Positions 11,760-23,342 of a stretch of 64,000 nt of DNA are shown here, piece after piece. Position numbers and translations under genes: made by a program. Position 1 is the stretch's first letter; each line of letters starts with the position of its first letter. Under the pieces are notes generated by a model. That model searched no databases, was not told the origin of the DNA, and worked only from the letters and a program-made list of their open reading frames with translations. The stretch is taken from NCBI RefSeq assembly GCF_009914755.1, contig NC_060944.1; one strand, 5' to 3'. Source of the DNA: the human T2T-CHM13v2.0 reference genome, Homo sapiens.

Positions 11760-13750
11760 GTGAGACATAAGGTCTTGCTTACCCTGCCCACTGCCTGGTA
11801 GTACAGGGATACCTAAAACTTCAGGAAGTCGCAGTCATGGTGGTGGTGGGAGGGCTAATGCCTAACATTACCTTGCACCTAAATTGCTCCAGCAGGATTG
11901 TCACCCAGGCCATCCTGCATTCTTTGCTCTATTCTAAATAGTTGAGGGCCTCTCACTGTTTGCTGTTGCATCTGCCATACTATGTTGGATCTTTGGGAAG
12001 AGTTGACAGCTATTCCCACATCTTCTAAAATACTGTTTCCAGTATCTCCCATGTTCTGAAATATTCTATTGAGGCACATCACTCATTACTTGCCAGTAAA
12101 TTCAATTGTCTAATAAGCATCTTAGATCCCAAGGCCAAGCATATATGCCAATGAAATCTCCCCTCCTTCTAGTATGACACGGTATCCCTAATAAGTAAAA
12201 AAGGCTAAGACCAATTCTGAATACCTGAATTCAATAGTCTTAACCTCTGGTTTGTAGCTTCAGACACTGACTATGGCCAACTCCACTCACTGCTTAGGTT
12301 CACCAATGAGGAAAAGGGCCACTGACTTGATTGATCCTTATGACTATACATGACACTTTTCAGGCTGGGAAATGTAGTTCCCCTGAGCTGTTATCCCCCC
12401 ATGGATCAACAGCCTATCCTTTTCTACCTGAGTTGAACAAAATCTGAGCCCAGGGTTCAGACGGTCAACTAGTCATTTCAAATTTTCCTACAACGTCTTC
12501 TAGGACCCTATGCATCCCTCTGGCCCAAGTGTGAAAGAATAATCCTCCTGGTATATGCTTGCCAATTAAGGACCTTCAGAAAGAAGACACGAAAACAGGA
12601 GTAGAAGCTTCAGGGATTTATTGAGGTAAAAACTGTGAAATATAAAAGGGTGAGAGAAAGCCTTTGGACCATTATTCAGGCCTGATGCCATGAATGGAGA
12701 AGGGAGAGAAAGGAGGATAACACAGAAAGAGGCTACAACTGTGATGCAGCTCTGAGAAAGTCTTAGGCATCGCAGTGGGGAGCTCCAATGCAAAGAATGA
12801 CTGTAGAAGAGTCTCTCAATAAATAGAAAAGCCCAGACCCTAGTCCCTCCGCAGCATGTAGACAATGACTGGAGGCAGCTTGGGAACAGTGTGCTCTCAG
12901 CTCAGATGCTGCAGGAGATCTTGAAGGTGCTACAGTAGGCTGTTAGCTATTTGCATTCCTTTCAGCAGTTTTTTCTTGTAGAGATATCTGAGCAATGTAC
13001 ATTCATGGTTGTCCCAGTAGGCAACATAGCACTCTATAATCTTGGTTGTGGCCTAATTCCGAGATGGGGGATAATTGTGCTGATGACATAATATAGGATC
13101 TGTCAGACACCAAGGCCAAGTAGCCAACAAGATCCCCCATGCCTCAAAGATCCAGAAAATTAACCTAAATTCTAGGCTCATCTTAAACAACATAATTTAA
13201 TTATCTTTTGGCCAGATAGGGAGCATCTTAGCCTGGACCAATGCACCACCTGCATCTGCATCAGCACCAGTGGGGAGCTGGAACATTCAGTGCCCCATAC
13301 ATGGGAGCAGGAAGAAGGATTGTCTAGAGCTCTCAGCAACCTGGAACCTGTCCTCTGGGCTTGGGTTGGGCTTTCTGAGCCTCTCTGTTGGGAGAGGGCC
13401 TCAGGTGTTACTCATGGCTCCCATTTTCTTATTTACATCATAACCATAGTCCAGTATCTCCTATAGCAATACTAGAGACTAGCCTCATGATCTTACAGAT
13501 TAAAATGATATGGGTTCCTGACTGAGAGGGTAATTATGCAAAGCATCTGTCCCTGTGATAAGGGGTGAGCTGAGATATAACGTTTAATTCTATTGATTCC
13601 CTGTGGGCTGGCTCCTCAGAAAAGGTAATAACCTCTGTAGGGCTCCATGAAAATTGTCCGCTTAAGGCAATTAATCCTGGAAAGGACTGAGGTAGAACAC
13701 TTGGTCCTGATGTAGAGCAATTAACTATTGTCACATAGCTTCAGCCACAA
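11760..13750 (-). mobile_element. Putative ancient class III ERV internal remnant (pol end plus env-like), interrupted by an LTR at ~12567-13017
   Basis: My manual minus-strand translation gives degenerate protein-like frames, including RRRG-DFIGIYA/GLGI (furin- and fusion-peptide-like) and a heptad-like ORF 11879-12082. Confidence 0.4.
12567..13017 (-). mobile_element. Old ERVL/MaLR-type solo LTR (family uncertain)
   Basis: gggatttattgagg (reverse AATAAA) about 50 nt from the edge; LTR-like composition and length. Confidence 0.5.
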
Positions 13751-14689
13751 GATTTGGACCCTAGCCCTCTGATGGTGTCAGTGGAGGGGATCCATGTACC
13801 CCACCACCTACTGGCTGGAGACCTAATCCCGAAATCTGACAACTGACCTTTCAGGATCCTTGTCTGCTATCCCACAGAATAATGGGGGACCACACAGGCA
13901 CTAACCTGTTATGTCTCTGTAAGTTTCTCTCCCAATAAGTGTTTTTCCAGATCACCTGTTGTGTTTGCTATCAGGTCATTCACCCTTGGTTGCTATGCAG
14001 CTTCCCCCTGCATATAAATAAACCAGCGTATGGCACATGAGAAATCCACAAAAGTGGTAGACCATTGTGGAAAAGGAGTAGTGGGTTGATCTGAACAGAG
14101 GTAAAAAAAAGATTTCTCAATGTGTATATTTGATGTTTGAATGATAAGGATATGCCATCTATTTTTTAAAAATATATATAATTAAAAGGAGAAAAGGTTA
14201 AATCAATAACTGCTGGGAAACAATTATTAAAGTAAATAATTTAAATAAATGTCATACCGTTTTCTGCTCCAAATTTCTTAGCATGGATTTGAAAAGGACA
14301 TTAACAACCACAAAAATAAAACATACCATGTGCAACAAGACAACCATCCCAACAGTGAAAGAGCATCACAATGGCGAAGGAGTGGTGCATATGTTTTCTT
14401 AAATAACACATTAGGATGCAATTTTCACTGAATCTGAAAAAGTTTTTAAACTCAGAGAGAAAAACTAACTAAAAGTAAGAAAAAGTTCTACTGCTTAAGA
14501 GTGGCAGAAACCTAAACATCACACAGATATTTCCCCCTGTTGGAGGTTAGGAAGCTGCAATTCACATTCTTCCTCCTAGCTCTTTACAGCCTAGTTGGAG
14601 AGACAGGCAACTAACAGGTAAGTAAAATGCAGCGGGATATACATGAAAAACAATTCCTGATAGATTGTTGATATATGTGCGAAAGAGAA

Positions 14690-15750
14690 AAAAAAAAGTC
14701 TCTAGAAAAATGTGTCCAAAACTATCTTGTCTACTTCCAACTAGAGATAGTTTTCTTAAACAAAGCGAAAGAGTAATGACCATAGAGGAAACAGCTAATC
14801 AATTGGATAACATTAAAAATAAGAACTTCTGTTCACCAAAAGACACAATTAAAAGAGTAAGAAAGTAAGCCACACAGTGGGAAACTATATTTTTATTACA
14901 TGTACCTGACAAATCACTCCTACAAATTAATAAGAATAAAAAAGATGCTCCAATAGATAAATGAGCAAAAGACTTCAACTGGTATTTACAAAACAGGACA
15001 ACTATATGACCAATAAACATTTGTAAAGCACAAAAAGGAAATGATAACCACAGTGAAGACACCACTATACAACCACCAGAATGACTCACTACTGGCAATG
15101 CCCATTGTTGACAATAATGGGAAACAATTATAATCTACGTACACTGTCAGAGAGAGCAAATTAGCAAGATCATTTTGGAAATTTGGGGTAGTATATACTT
15201 AAAGCCAGATTCATGCCTACTGTACATTTCTCAAATATGTACCCAAGAGAAATGAGTGTATATTTTCACCAAAAGGCAGGAGCATAAAAATGTTCAGAGC
15301 ACTATTATTTGCAAAAACCAAAATCCAGAAACAACACAAATGTCTAACCACAGGGGAATGAATGGACACATAGTACTTTACTCATACAATGGAATACTAT
15401 GCAATAATGAAAATAAAAGAGCTACAGCTACACACAACATGGAAAAAATTCACAGACACACTATTGAGTAAGAGAAATCAGAAATAAAAGTATTTATAGT
15501 GCCCAATTCCATTTGTACGAAGTTCTAAAGCAGACAAATGTAACTATAATATTAGAAGTCAAGATTGATGATTACTTTTGGGAAAGAGGAATTGTATGGA
15601 TTGGAAGAAAGCCTTAAGAGGTCTTCTGAGGTCCTGGTTATGTTCAGCTTCTTGGCCTGAGTGGTGATCATACGGGTAGCTTCACTTCAGGATAAGTAAG
15701 CCATGCACTATGAGTTATGCACTTTTCTGCATGAATGCTACATTTAAATG
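14690..15750 (+). mobile_element. L1ME-type 3' fragment
   Basis: cattaaaaataagaacttctgttcaccaaaagacac; atacaatggaatactatgcaata; old 3'UTR. Confidence 0.85.
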
Positions 15751-15764
15751 AGAGAGTTTGAAAG

Positions 15765-16500
15765 CAAATAAAGTGTAATGAGTGCTTTGATAGATTTTAC
15801 TGAGGACTCATGTGGGAGGAAACCCTGACACTGATTTAGATGACTGGGGAAAAGTTCCTGGACAGCTACACTGAATCCTGGAAGACTGATAGGAGTGAGC
15901 TCTGTCAATGGCAGTAAAGAGTACTCCAAGAAAAAAAAAAAAAGCTGGAGGTGAGAGAGATTGTAGTGCCTTCCAGGTACTGCAGCTATTTCTTGTGGCT
16001 GAAACACAGGGCTTTGGCGTTATGAGACAGGAGTAAGAAGAGAAGAAATGGGAGGGCTAAGGGAGTTGAGATTATAAAGGGCCTCCTAAGCCTTGTTAGG
16101 AAGTTTGGGTTTGCTCTTTGAGCAATCAAGAGTTGGTGTTGAATAGGGAGAAATATGATTAGGTGTGCATGTAAAGTCATCAGTGTAGCTATAATAGAGT
16201 ATTGAGGATAGAGATGAGAGCTTCTGGAAAAAAATCTAAGCTAAAGGAAATAAAATCAGAGAGATAGAAAGGAGTGGAGGCTAATAAGGGCATATTTTAC
16301 AGTAGGCTTTGGTATGTGATTGACTATGTGGCATATTCCATATTTTAGCCTGAGGTAGATGGATAGGTCTAGGACAATTTCCATATTTTAGCCTGTGCCA
16401 TCTTCTGAGAGGAGAACACAAAAGGACAAACGGTTTGGGTGAAAATATGGGGTTAATTGACCAGCTATAACTGGTACTTCTGCATGTTAACACCACAGTG
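15765..16500 (-). mobile_element. L2 fragment
   Basis: Purine-rich L2 reverse pattern; ggcctcctaagccttgttaggaagtttgg. Confidence 0.65.
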
Positions 16501-18109
16501 AGATTCTAAACACCCCAAACAGACTCTTATTCTTTATTGCACTTTTCTAAATCTCTTAGCAGTTTTTATAAGTCATTTCATTTCAGTCCCTCAATAGGCT
16601 CTAACATGGTCAGCCAGGCATTATTGTTCCACAGACAATGACTTCAGCTTGTAGACTTGTGCGGCCATTTAGAGTTGGCAAGCCATGATGCAGGACATGG
16701 AAGGGTGAAGTTGAAGCTCTACTATTATTCCTTCAGGGCCACATTGAGGAACCCCAGGGAAAGCCACTCTTCAACACCATACCTCTCGCTCTGTGGCTCT
16801 TGCCTGCACCAACATAAAGGTCAACCAAAGCAATGCATTTTATCATGTTCAAATATTAAAAAAAAAAAAAAAGCTCAAGAAGGCTTTATTATTGTTGCAT
16901 CTGAGAAGCATCTGTAACTTATAGAAAACCCCAAAAGAACCACCAGTCAACTTCCTGGACTAACCCAGCCCTTGCTTGCTCTCCTCTCTAGTTGTCTAAG
17001 CTAATCTGAGATGATCCTTGGCCCTAGCTTGTGGAGCTATGCTAATTTTCGTGGCTACTGAGGCCCAGTTCATTGATTTTCCATGAGGGTAGCTGTGTTC
17101 AGACAGGTAGGTGGTGTGGCTATTTGTCCAATAGCATTAAAACAAACTGATTGACAGCTTCATCTCTTTGTCATGGACACCCACATGCCAAGTATTGTCA
17201 AACACTGGGAACACTTTGGCATCTCATGCTTAATGTCTCCCATTAACCCACAGATACAGATTAAGGTGATGAATTTCATGTCAACTCATTTTATTTATCA
17301 CCTCTAAGATGGGCTGTTAAAGAACCACAGTGGTCAAATTGCTCATATATCTGCCACAAGCCAAATAGTCAGGAAAACTCCGCAAAGACCTGACATTTGA
17401 ACATTTTCTTTCCAGAGAAGAAATAGCTGAACAATGCCATGTCTCTGAGTTTAATACAAAATCAAATTTAAAACTAAACATTTTTCTACTAATAAACAGA
17501 AAAGAATATATTAAGTGGGAAACGTTAATATCATTGGACTATTTGTTTACTGGGTGATGGTGTGGAATGAGAGAAGACGTATAATTATGGGTCATTTTGT
17601 CTAAAAGAAAATTCAAAATGAATAAGATTCAAAGACTTAAATGGAAAATTAAAATGTCTAAGTGCAGACATTGAAGCCTTAGGAAGCTTACTATCTATGA
17701 ACATGTCCTCCAAAACAAATAATTCAAGGCTTGCCGCCAAAATCCATGCTATTTCTACATTTCTACTCGTTGTTTGAATAGGCATATGGTACATGAGTGA
17801 ACCTAAGGGAATTAATTTTGTATCATCTGTCACCCATAAACTTATAGTAGAAACAAAATTGGAAGCCGGGAAACAGTTTCATCTGAGACTCGGCAAGTGA
17901 TAACTGGATCATTGCCCAGTGGATCATTGCAGGAGACTCGAGGCAGGACATGGAAAGAGACTGTCACCAAGAAGCCATTGATCAGAGGGTGGATGTACCC
18001 AAGGGAGAGGCATTAGATTCCAAAGAGTAATTTAACTCTCCACTTTCATTTGAAGATGTCCAAGCACAGAATGTACCTCTACATCACTGTCTAGCTGGAA
18101 ATGACCCTG

Positions 18110-18275
18110 CTTATTATCTAGCCTCATCCTTTCATTTTACAGAGGAAGCATCTAAGGACAGAGACACTGAGAAATGGAGCCAAGGTCATATAGCCGTTCA
18201 GGGGGCTGTGCTATGAATAGAACTCAGGACATCTTGAGTTTGTATTTGCCAATCTTTCTAGTACCTGTGCCTTAT
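18110..18275 (-). mobile_element. MIR
   Basis: cattttacagaggaagcatctaaggacagaga...ccaaggtcatatagc. Confidence 0.75.
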
Positions 18276-19554
18276 GCATTACAGTCACTGACCCCATAAA
18301 TCTTTACTGAACATCATGTGTGATTAAGGTGCTGTGCTAGATGCCACGAGAATGATTTAACACTGCCTGTCCTCATTTGGATCAAATAAATTAACTGGTC
18401 TTTACCAACCAGTGTGTGGTCCACTGGGAATTTAACATCACTGAGACTTATTCATTCATGGCATTCCTCTCCAAAGATGACACTTCTCTAAATGCACAAA
18501 CATGTTTGGGTGAGTGTCCCTTCCATGACACAGATCTGTACCTTCTAGGATACAAAGTGGGCAAAGTTTATCTGCACTGGCACCTCCTATTTGATAAAAA
18601 CACAACAGGCCGGCTCTCTTTTCATTTGGGGAAACAGAGCTGCTTCCTAGCAGGCTTCATGAGGTCATGATGTTCTAGAGTGTTTATTGCCAAATAAATT
18701 TTTCTGACCTCAATACTCATGCTTGGCCATATTTATGTAGCAGCATCTCAACCCTTGGGCCATACTGCTTCAGCTTACCTATAAGGAGGACATGAAGGAA
18801 TGTGTGAAACAAACACTGGGTCAAGGGTAAGACCTGAAAGAGCACAGTAAGCCTGATCACCTCGACATATCACAGCTATTAAATCCTTCTATTACACTAT
18901 TAAATATTTAGGGAATCTTGTCATTACATTGTTAAATATGCTTCCATTTTTTTAAGCACTGCCCTCTCCGTTTAAATGCAAATACCTCTGAAAGGGTTAG
19001 TACACCAAACTTTTAATTTAGATCATTAGAATTTGCTTCTCCTCAATAGGAGGGAGCAGTGAATTAAGGACCAAGGACACCCGTGGCAGGGATGGAGTAG
19101 TCACTGTGATAACCTCAGACGTGTCTAATTCTGTAAAACTAGGATTCGGATCTCAAGGAGCAGCAATTCTGTACTAAGAAATTGGTTCTGTGCAGCCTTC
19201 TCTGGGGGTGATAATAACCATAATCATCATCATAATCATTAAGGCAACTGATATTTATTGGGGGCTTATTATGTTCCAGACACTTAGCTGAGAGCATGAT
19301 ACTATTGAGGCCACAGACAGGTTCGTTTGAGAATCTTAAATCTTCACTTATGACCCCTGCCAGCCTGCCAAAAGACTATGAGCAGATCTTAGTATACACC
19401 TCTTTCTTTTACCTGTAGACCAGGAGTACTCATTTTCTCTTTTGTGGAATTACCGAGATAAAATATATTCATTGTAAATATTGGTTACTCATTTAGCTGG
19501 TATGAGGTTATGCCTGGACAAGAAATACCACTTTCCTTGACTATCACAATTCAA

Positions 19555-19745
19555 GCATGGATCTTAGAGCCAAACTGCTCAGGTTAGAATCCTGGCTGTG
19601 TGTCCTCAGCTTCCCCATCTGTAAATTGGGGTGTAAAATGCCACTGCATAAGGTTTTCATGACAATTAAATGAGTTAACATATGTAAAGTGGCTGGCACA
19701 TAGTATGTGAGCCTAAGGGCTAGCTCTTATTATTACATTATCATT
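19555..19745 (+). mobile_element. MIR
   Basis: cctcagcttccccatctgtaaattgggg...aattaaatgagttaac...ctggcacatagt. Confidence 0.8.
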
Positions 19746-20452
19746 ATGCCAAAATATTGACTATGTAGAGTCTTGGCATAATGAAGGATGCAGAGCTGTG
19801 GACAGAGAGGATGTCTTTGCTCTCAGGCTTTAGATCTTCCCCTTAGTCAATGAGACTTTTCAAGCCAAATGGCCTCAATTGTCTATCAGCCACACGGTGG
19901 ATCCAGGAACCCCCCTGCAAGGCTGTCCAGGACCTCTCCAAACTGTGCAGCATGGCCACTTTCTCTTCAAGGCTTTGCCAGTTTTCAGAAGCATTTCTGG
20001 GAGGGCAGCTACAGACCCTCCTCACTATTTTTCCCTGTTCTCATTCATGAAAAAAGGAAAATGCTTTTCTAGTCTAAAGATGGAAGAAAGATCTGGTCAT
20101 CTGTATTTTTCTTAACTGTGAATGTTTAATTTTTCCTAGAAGTCTAGGGTTTAGGACACAAAAGCCTGGGAGATCTGCAGGCTATTTCTGGTTTCCAGGC
20201 CCTGCCTTAGGCATCCCTCCTCTGAAGCAACTGCCACCCGCATGATGGGGGAAAATTCAGTGAAAAAAGAAAAGAAGAAAGGTGAATATCTCCATACATT
20301 ATTCTACCCTACTTAAACAAGAGGCTGTTTCTTAAATATGTAATTGCGAGTATCAGCACCTCAGTAGAAAGTCAGGTTCCCACTGCTTGTTCAGTCCTGA
20401 GAGCCCCTGAACACTGCCCTCTTGCCATTGCTGTCTTTTATTCTGTGTCCAG

Positions 20453-20542
20453 CATTGGACCCTGAAGTCTGTCCAGAATAGGAAATCAGAGTCCGGTGTG
20501 TTGCAGGTGCTGAGGGGACACATGCATCCGTTTCCATCCCTG
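20453..20542 (+). other. Candidate spliced exon (90 nt; alternative donor gives 101 nt), probably non-coding
   Basis: Acceptor gtcttttattctgtgtccag| and two tandem donors ctg|gtaagt with GT at 20543 and 20554; no transcript evidence. Confidence 0.3.
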
Positions 20543-20833
20543 GTAAGTGCCTGGTAAGTTTCTGCAGACCCGGGAATCCCACTTCTCAAATTGGCCCCCG
20601 ACTGCTCAGCCACATTATCAATCCCTCCTGCTACCATCAGCAAATGAGGACGGGGAATGATTCCAGCTATGAACTGGACTCCTGGCAGGTTTGAATTCTA
20701 GGAAGGTCTGGTTGCTGCTGACTCCAACTTTGGTAGAAGTCAAGAGACCATTCCTTGCTTCAGCCAAGAAACAGAGTTCAAGTAAACCTGAAGCCCCACT
20801 CTTTATTTCCTGTCGAGACACTCCCTCTATCAG

Positions 20834-20835
<2 letters not shown>

Positions 20836-20877
<42 letters not shown>
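20836..20877. repeat. (GT)21 microsatellite
   Basis: Seen directly. Confidence 0.98.
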
Positions 20878-20880
<3 letters not shown>

Positions 20881-21143
20881 AGGTCTGAGTCTGATGTTGA
20901 AGGTTGAAATCCACAGAACATCTGGCTGCTGGGGAGGGAGGATGGCTAGAAGGTGAGGGAGGACAAGAACAAACTGGAAACTCACAAACGTGAGCTGGAG
21001 ACCACAGAAATGGACTGAAACCAACCTCAGTTCTCATTTCTTCTGACCTTGGTCAGCTTCCTAAGACAAAGGAAGGACAGGGAATGGATCTGAAGGGACA
21101 AAGGGAAATCACTGGGCTTCTTAAATCGGTTAATTCTTTTTAG

Positions 21144-21238
21144 GAATCATCAGATATAAACGACTGAAGGGTACATAGTGGCCGGAGCAGCAAAGCTGCA
21201 GAAATATCTGAAGCTGTCACAGCAGCAAAAAGCAGGAG
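21144..21238 (+). other. Candidate exon (95 nt), or TATA-driven first exon
   Basis: Acceptor ttaattctttttag|, donor gag|gtaagg; TATAAA at 21155-21160. Confidence 0.25.
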
Positions 21239-21858
21239 GTAAGGACACAGTTCAGTCTGACATAACTGCCCCTATCCTCAGCAGTATTGCAAGATACCTT
21301 ACAATGCAGAAAAAGGCTAGGGCCATATCTAAATTTTAGGTAGAAATTGATGATGGATGTTTCCTGCAAGCTGACATAAATGTTATTACTCTTTTGCTCT
21401 AACGCTTTGGAAGCCACAGGGAAATTGCAGAATAAAACAAGTTTTAGGCTCTTGAGTCATCTGCCAATCTCCTGGCAGATATCTTTACATCTCAGAGCTG
21501 CCCCAAAGCAGTAGCATTATTTTTATGTATGCACATATAAAGAGGCATAAAAATAACACAAACATAAAAATAGTGCTGTGGCCCATCAGCCATGTGGCTC
21601 ATCTTTGGGGTTATTCTAACCATGCTGTTCATCCGCATTGACTCACGCTTCAGAGAGAATATCTGGAAAAGGAGTGGGCAGAGCAGCCTGAGATCCTTAG
21701 ACTTTACAGAGTGGCTGTGACCCACCCAGAAAATAAGCCATTTCCCTCAAATAAATTGAGTGCTGTAAAAGAAAGAAAATAACCCTTCCAGACCCATGAA
21801 GGCAAATCAGGATGATAGGAGAGAATAAAACAAAACAGAAAAGCATATCAGGTGCTAA

Positions 21859-21871
21859 TGTGTGTGTGTGC

Positions 21872-21904
<33 letters not shown>

Positions 21905-22075
21905 CACATACGCACATGCATACATATACATACATGTATATATATACATACACACACGCATATATATACACACACACACGCATATATATACACACATGTA
22001 TATATATATGCACACACGTACACACACACATACATAGAGAGACAGTGAGAGAGAGAGGACAGAGAGAAAGAGATA
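21859..22075. repeat. Compound (TG)n(TA)n(CA/TA)n then (GA)n microsatellite
   Basis: Seen directly; source of many spurious low-complexity ORFs. Confidence 0.97.
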
Positions 22076-22427
22076 CAGTATGATAAACGCTAAGAAAAAA
22101 GAGGAAGTACAGTAGTGCTGGGGTATAGGGACCACCAATTCTGCCTTGGAGAAATATATATATATATATATGTTCCTGAAATATAATAGGCTGAAACATA
22201 TATATAAGCCTGAAACATAACGGGCTTTCAATAAATATTTGCTGAATTTTTCATTTTTGTTGTTATATACACTAAGTATAAAATAGAGTGCTAAACTGAA
22301 AATTCTCAGGCGTCAAACCCTCAGAGTGGGAAAAGCCTGTTGCCTGCAGTCCCTGAACAAGAATCCAGGTAGAGGTGGCCTAGTAAGGTTTGCCCAGCAC
22401 TTTCCTAGAGACCGCTGATGGAAATAA

Positions 22428-22513
22428 ATGGTGACCTTTCCCAGACAACATTGCCATATGAGATGACTAGATGGTGACCTTTCCCCGACAACATTGCCAT
22501 ATAAGATGACTAG
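22428..22513 (+). repeat. 43-bp tandem duplication (2 mismatches)
   Basis: atggtgacctttccc(a/c)gacaacattgccatat(g/a)agatgactag twice. Confidence 0.95.
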
Positions 22514-23342
22514 AAACGTGCTAGGCCCCTGCCACAGATCAGGGTCCATCCAATCCAGAGCTATGCCCTGCTATGATGACAGTGCTTTGTTCCTGGAAGA
22601 ATATGAAAGCCTCTGCCACCTTGATTTCACCCTGTGACACTGATCACTCTGAGCTGCAGGTGCTCAATGTTTGGTTGGAACATGTCACTTTTCGTATTTA
22701 TTTCTCTTTCTGTCTCCTGTGCAAACCCTTTTTTGTTTATGGAAATCAGGCCTGGACTGAGAGAATAAAGGAAGACTGACTTTTCATTCTATATCTATCC
22801 TTTTTTTTTAAGTTGTTTTAAAACTTTTTCCTGTGAATTGTATAACATTTTCAATTAAAAAATGAGTTTAAAAGACCAAAAATCTACATGTTGCTTTCCA
22901 CCAGTCTTCCTACCAATATTATTAGCAAGCGCTAGACCCAAGCACGACTTGCAGCCGGCTGGGAAGATTTGCTTTGATTCCAGCCTCTGACTCAATCCCA
23001 TTTTTGCTACAAAGTAGGGCAACGAGATATAGCAGCAGGACTGGCCTCCTTTGCTGCATTTATTCCAGAGCTGCATGACTGTGAGTTTCTTTAACTGCAG
23101 AAGGCCTAGTGCACAGGACACAGCTCTGTGTGGCCCCCCTGTGGAGTTATTCTCTGACCCCCTGTCCGAGGTTGGGTAAGAGGAATGGATATGAAAGGCT
23201 AAACTTATTTGGCCTGTGCTTTCAACACCTGTGTAGCAATCCTCTTACCCAATATATTGAGTAGACAGAAGCAAAAGGATAGTCAATTATAATACGACAG
23301 CCCATTCTTTCATCAGATCCAGAATTCTCACAGCTTTCTATT

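Noticed and set aside
21697-22231. Stack of overlapping ORFs on both strands
   Set aside because: Dinucleotide repeat read-through
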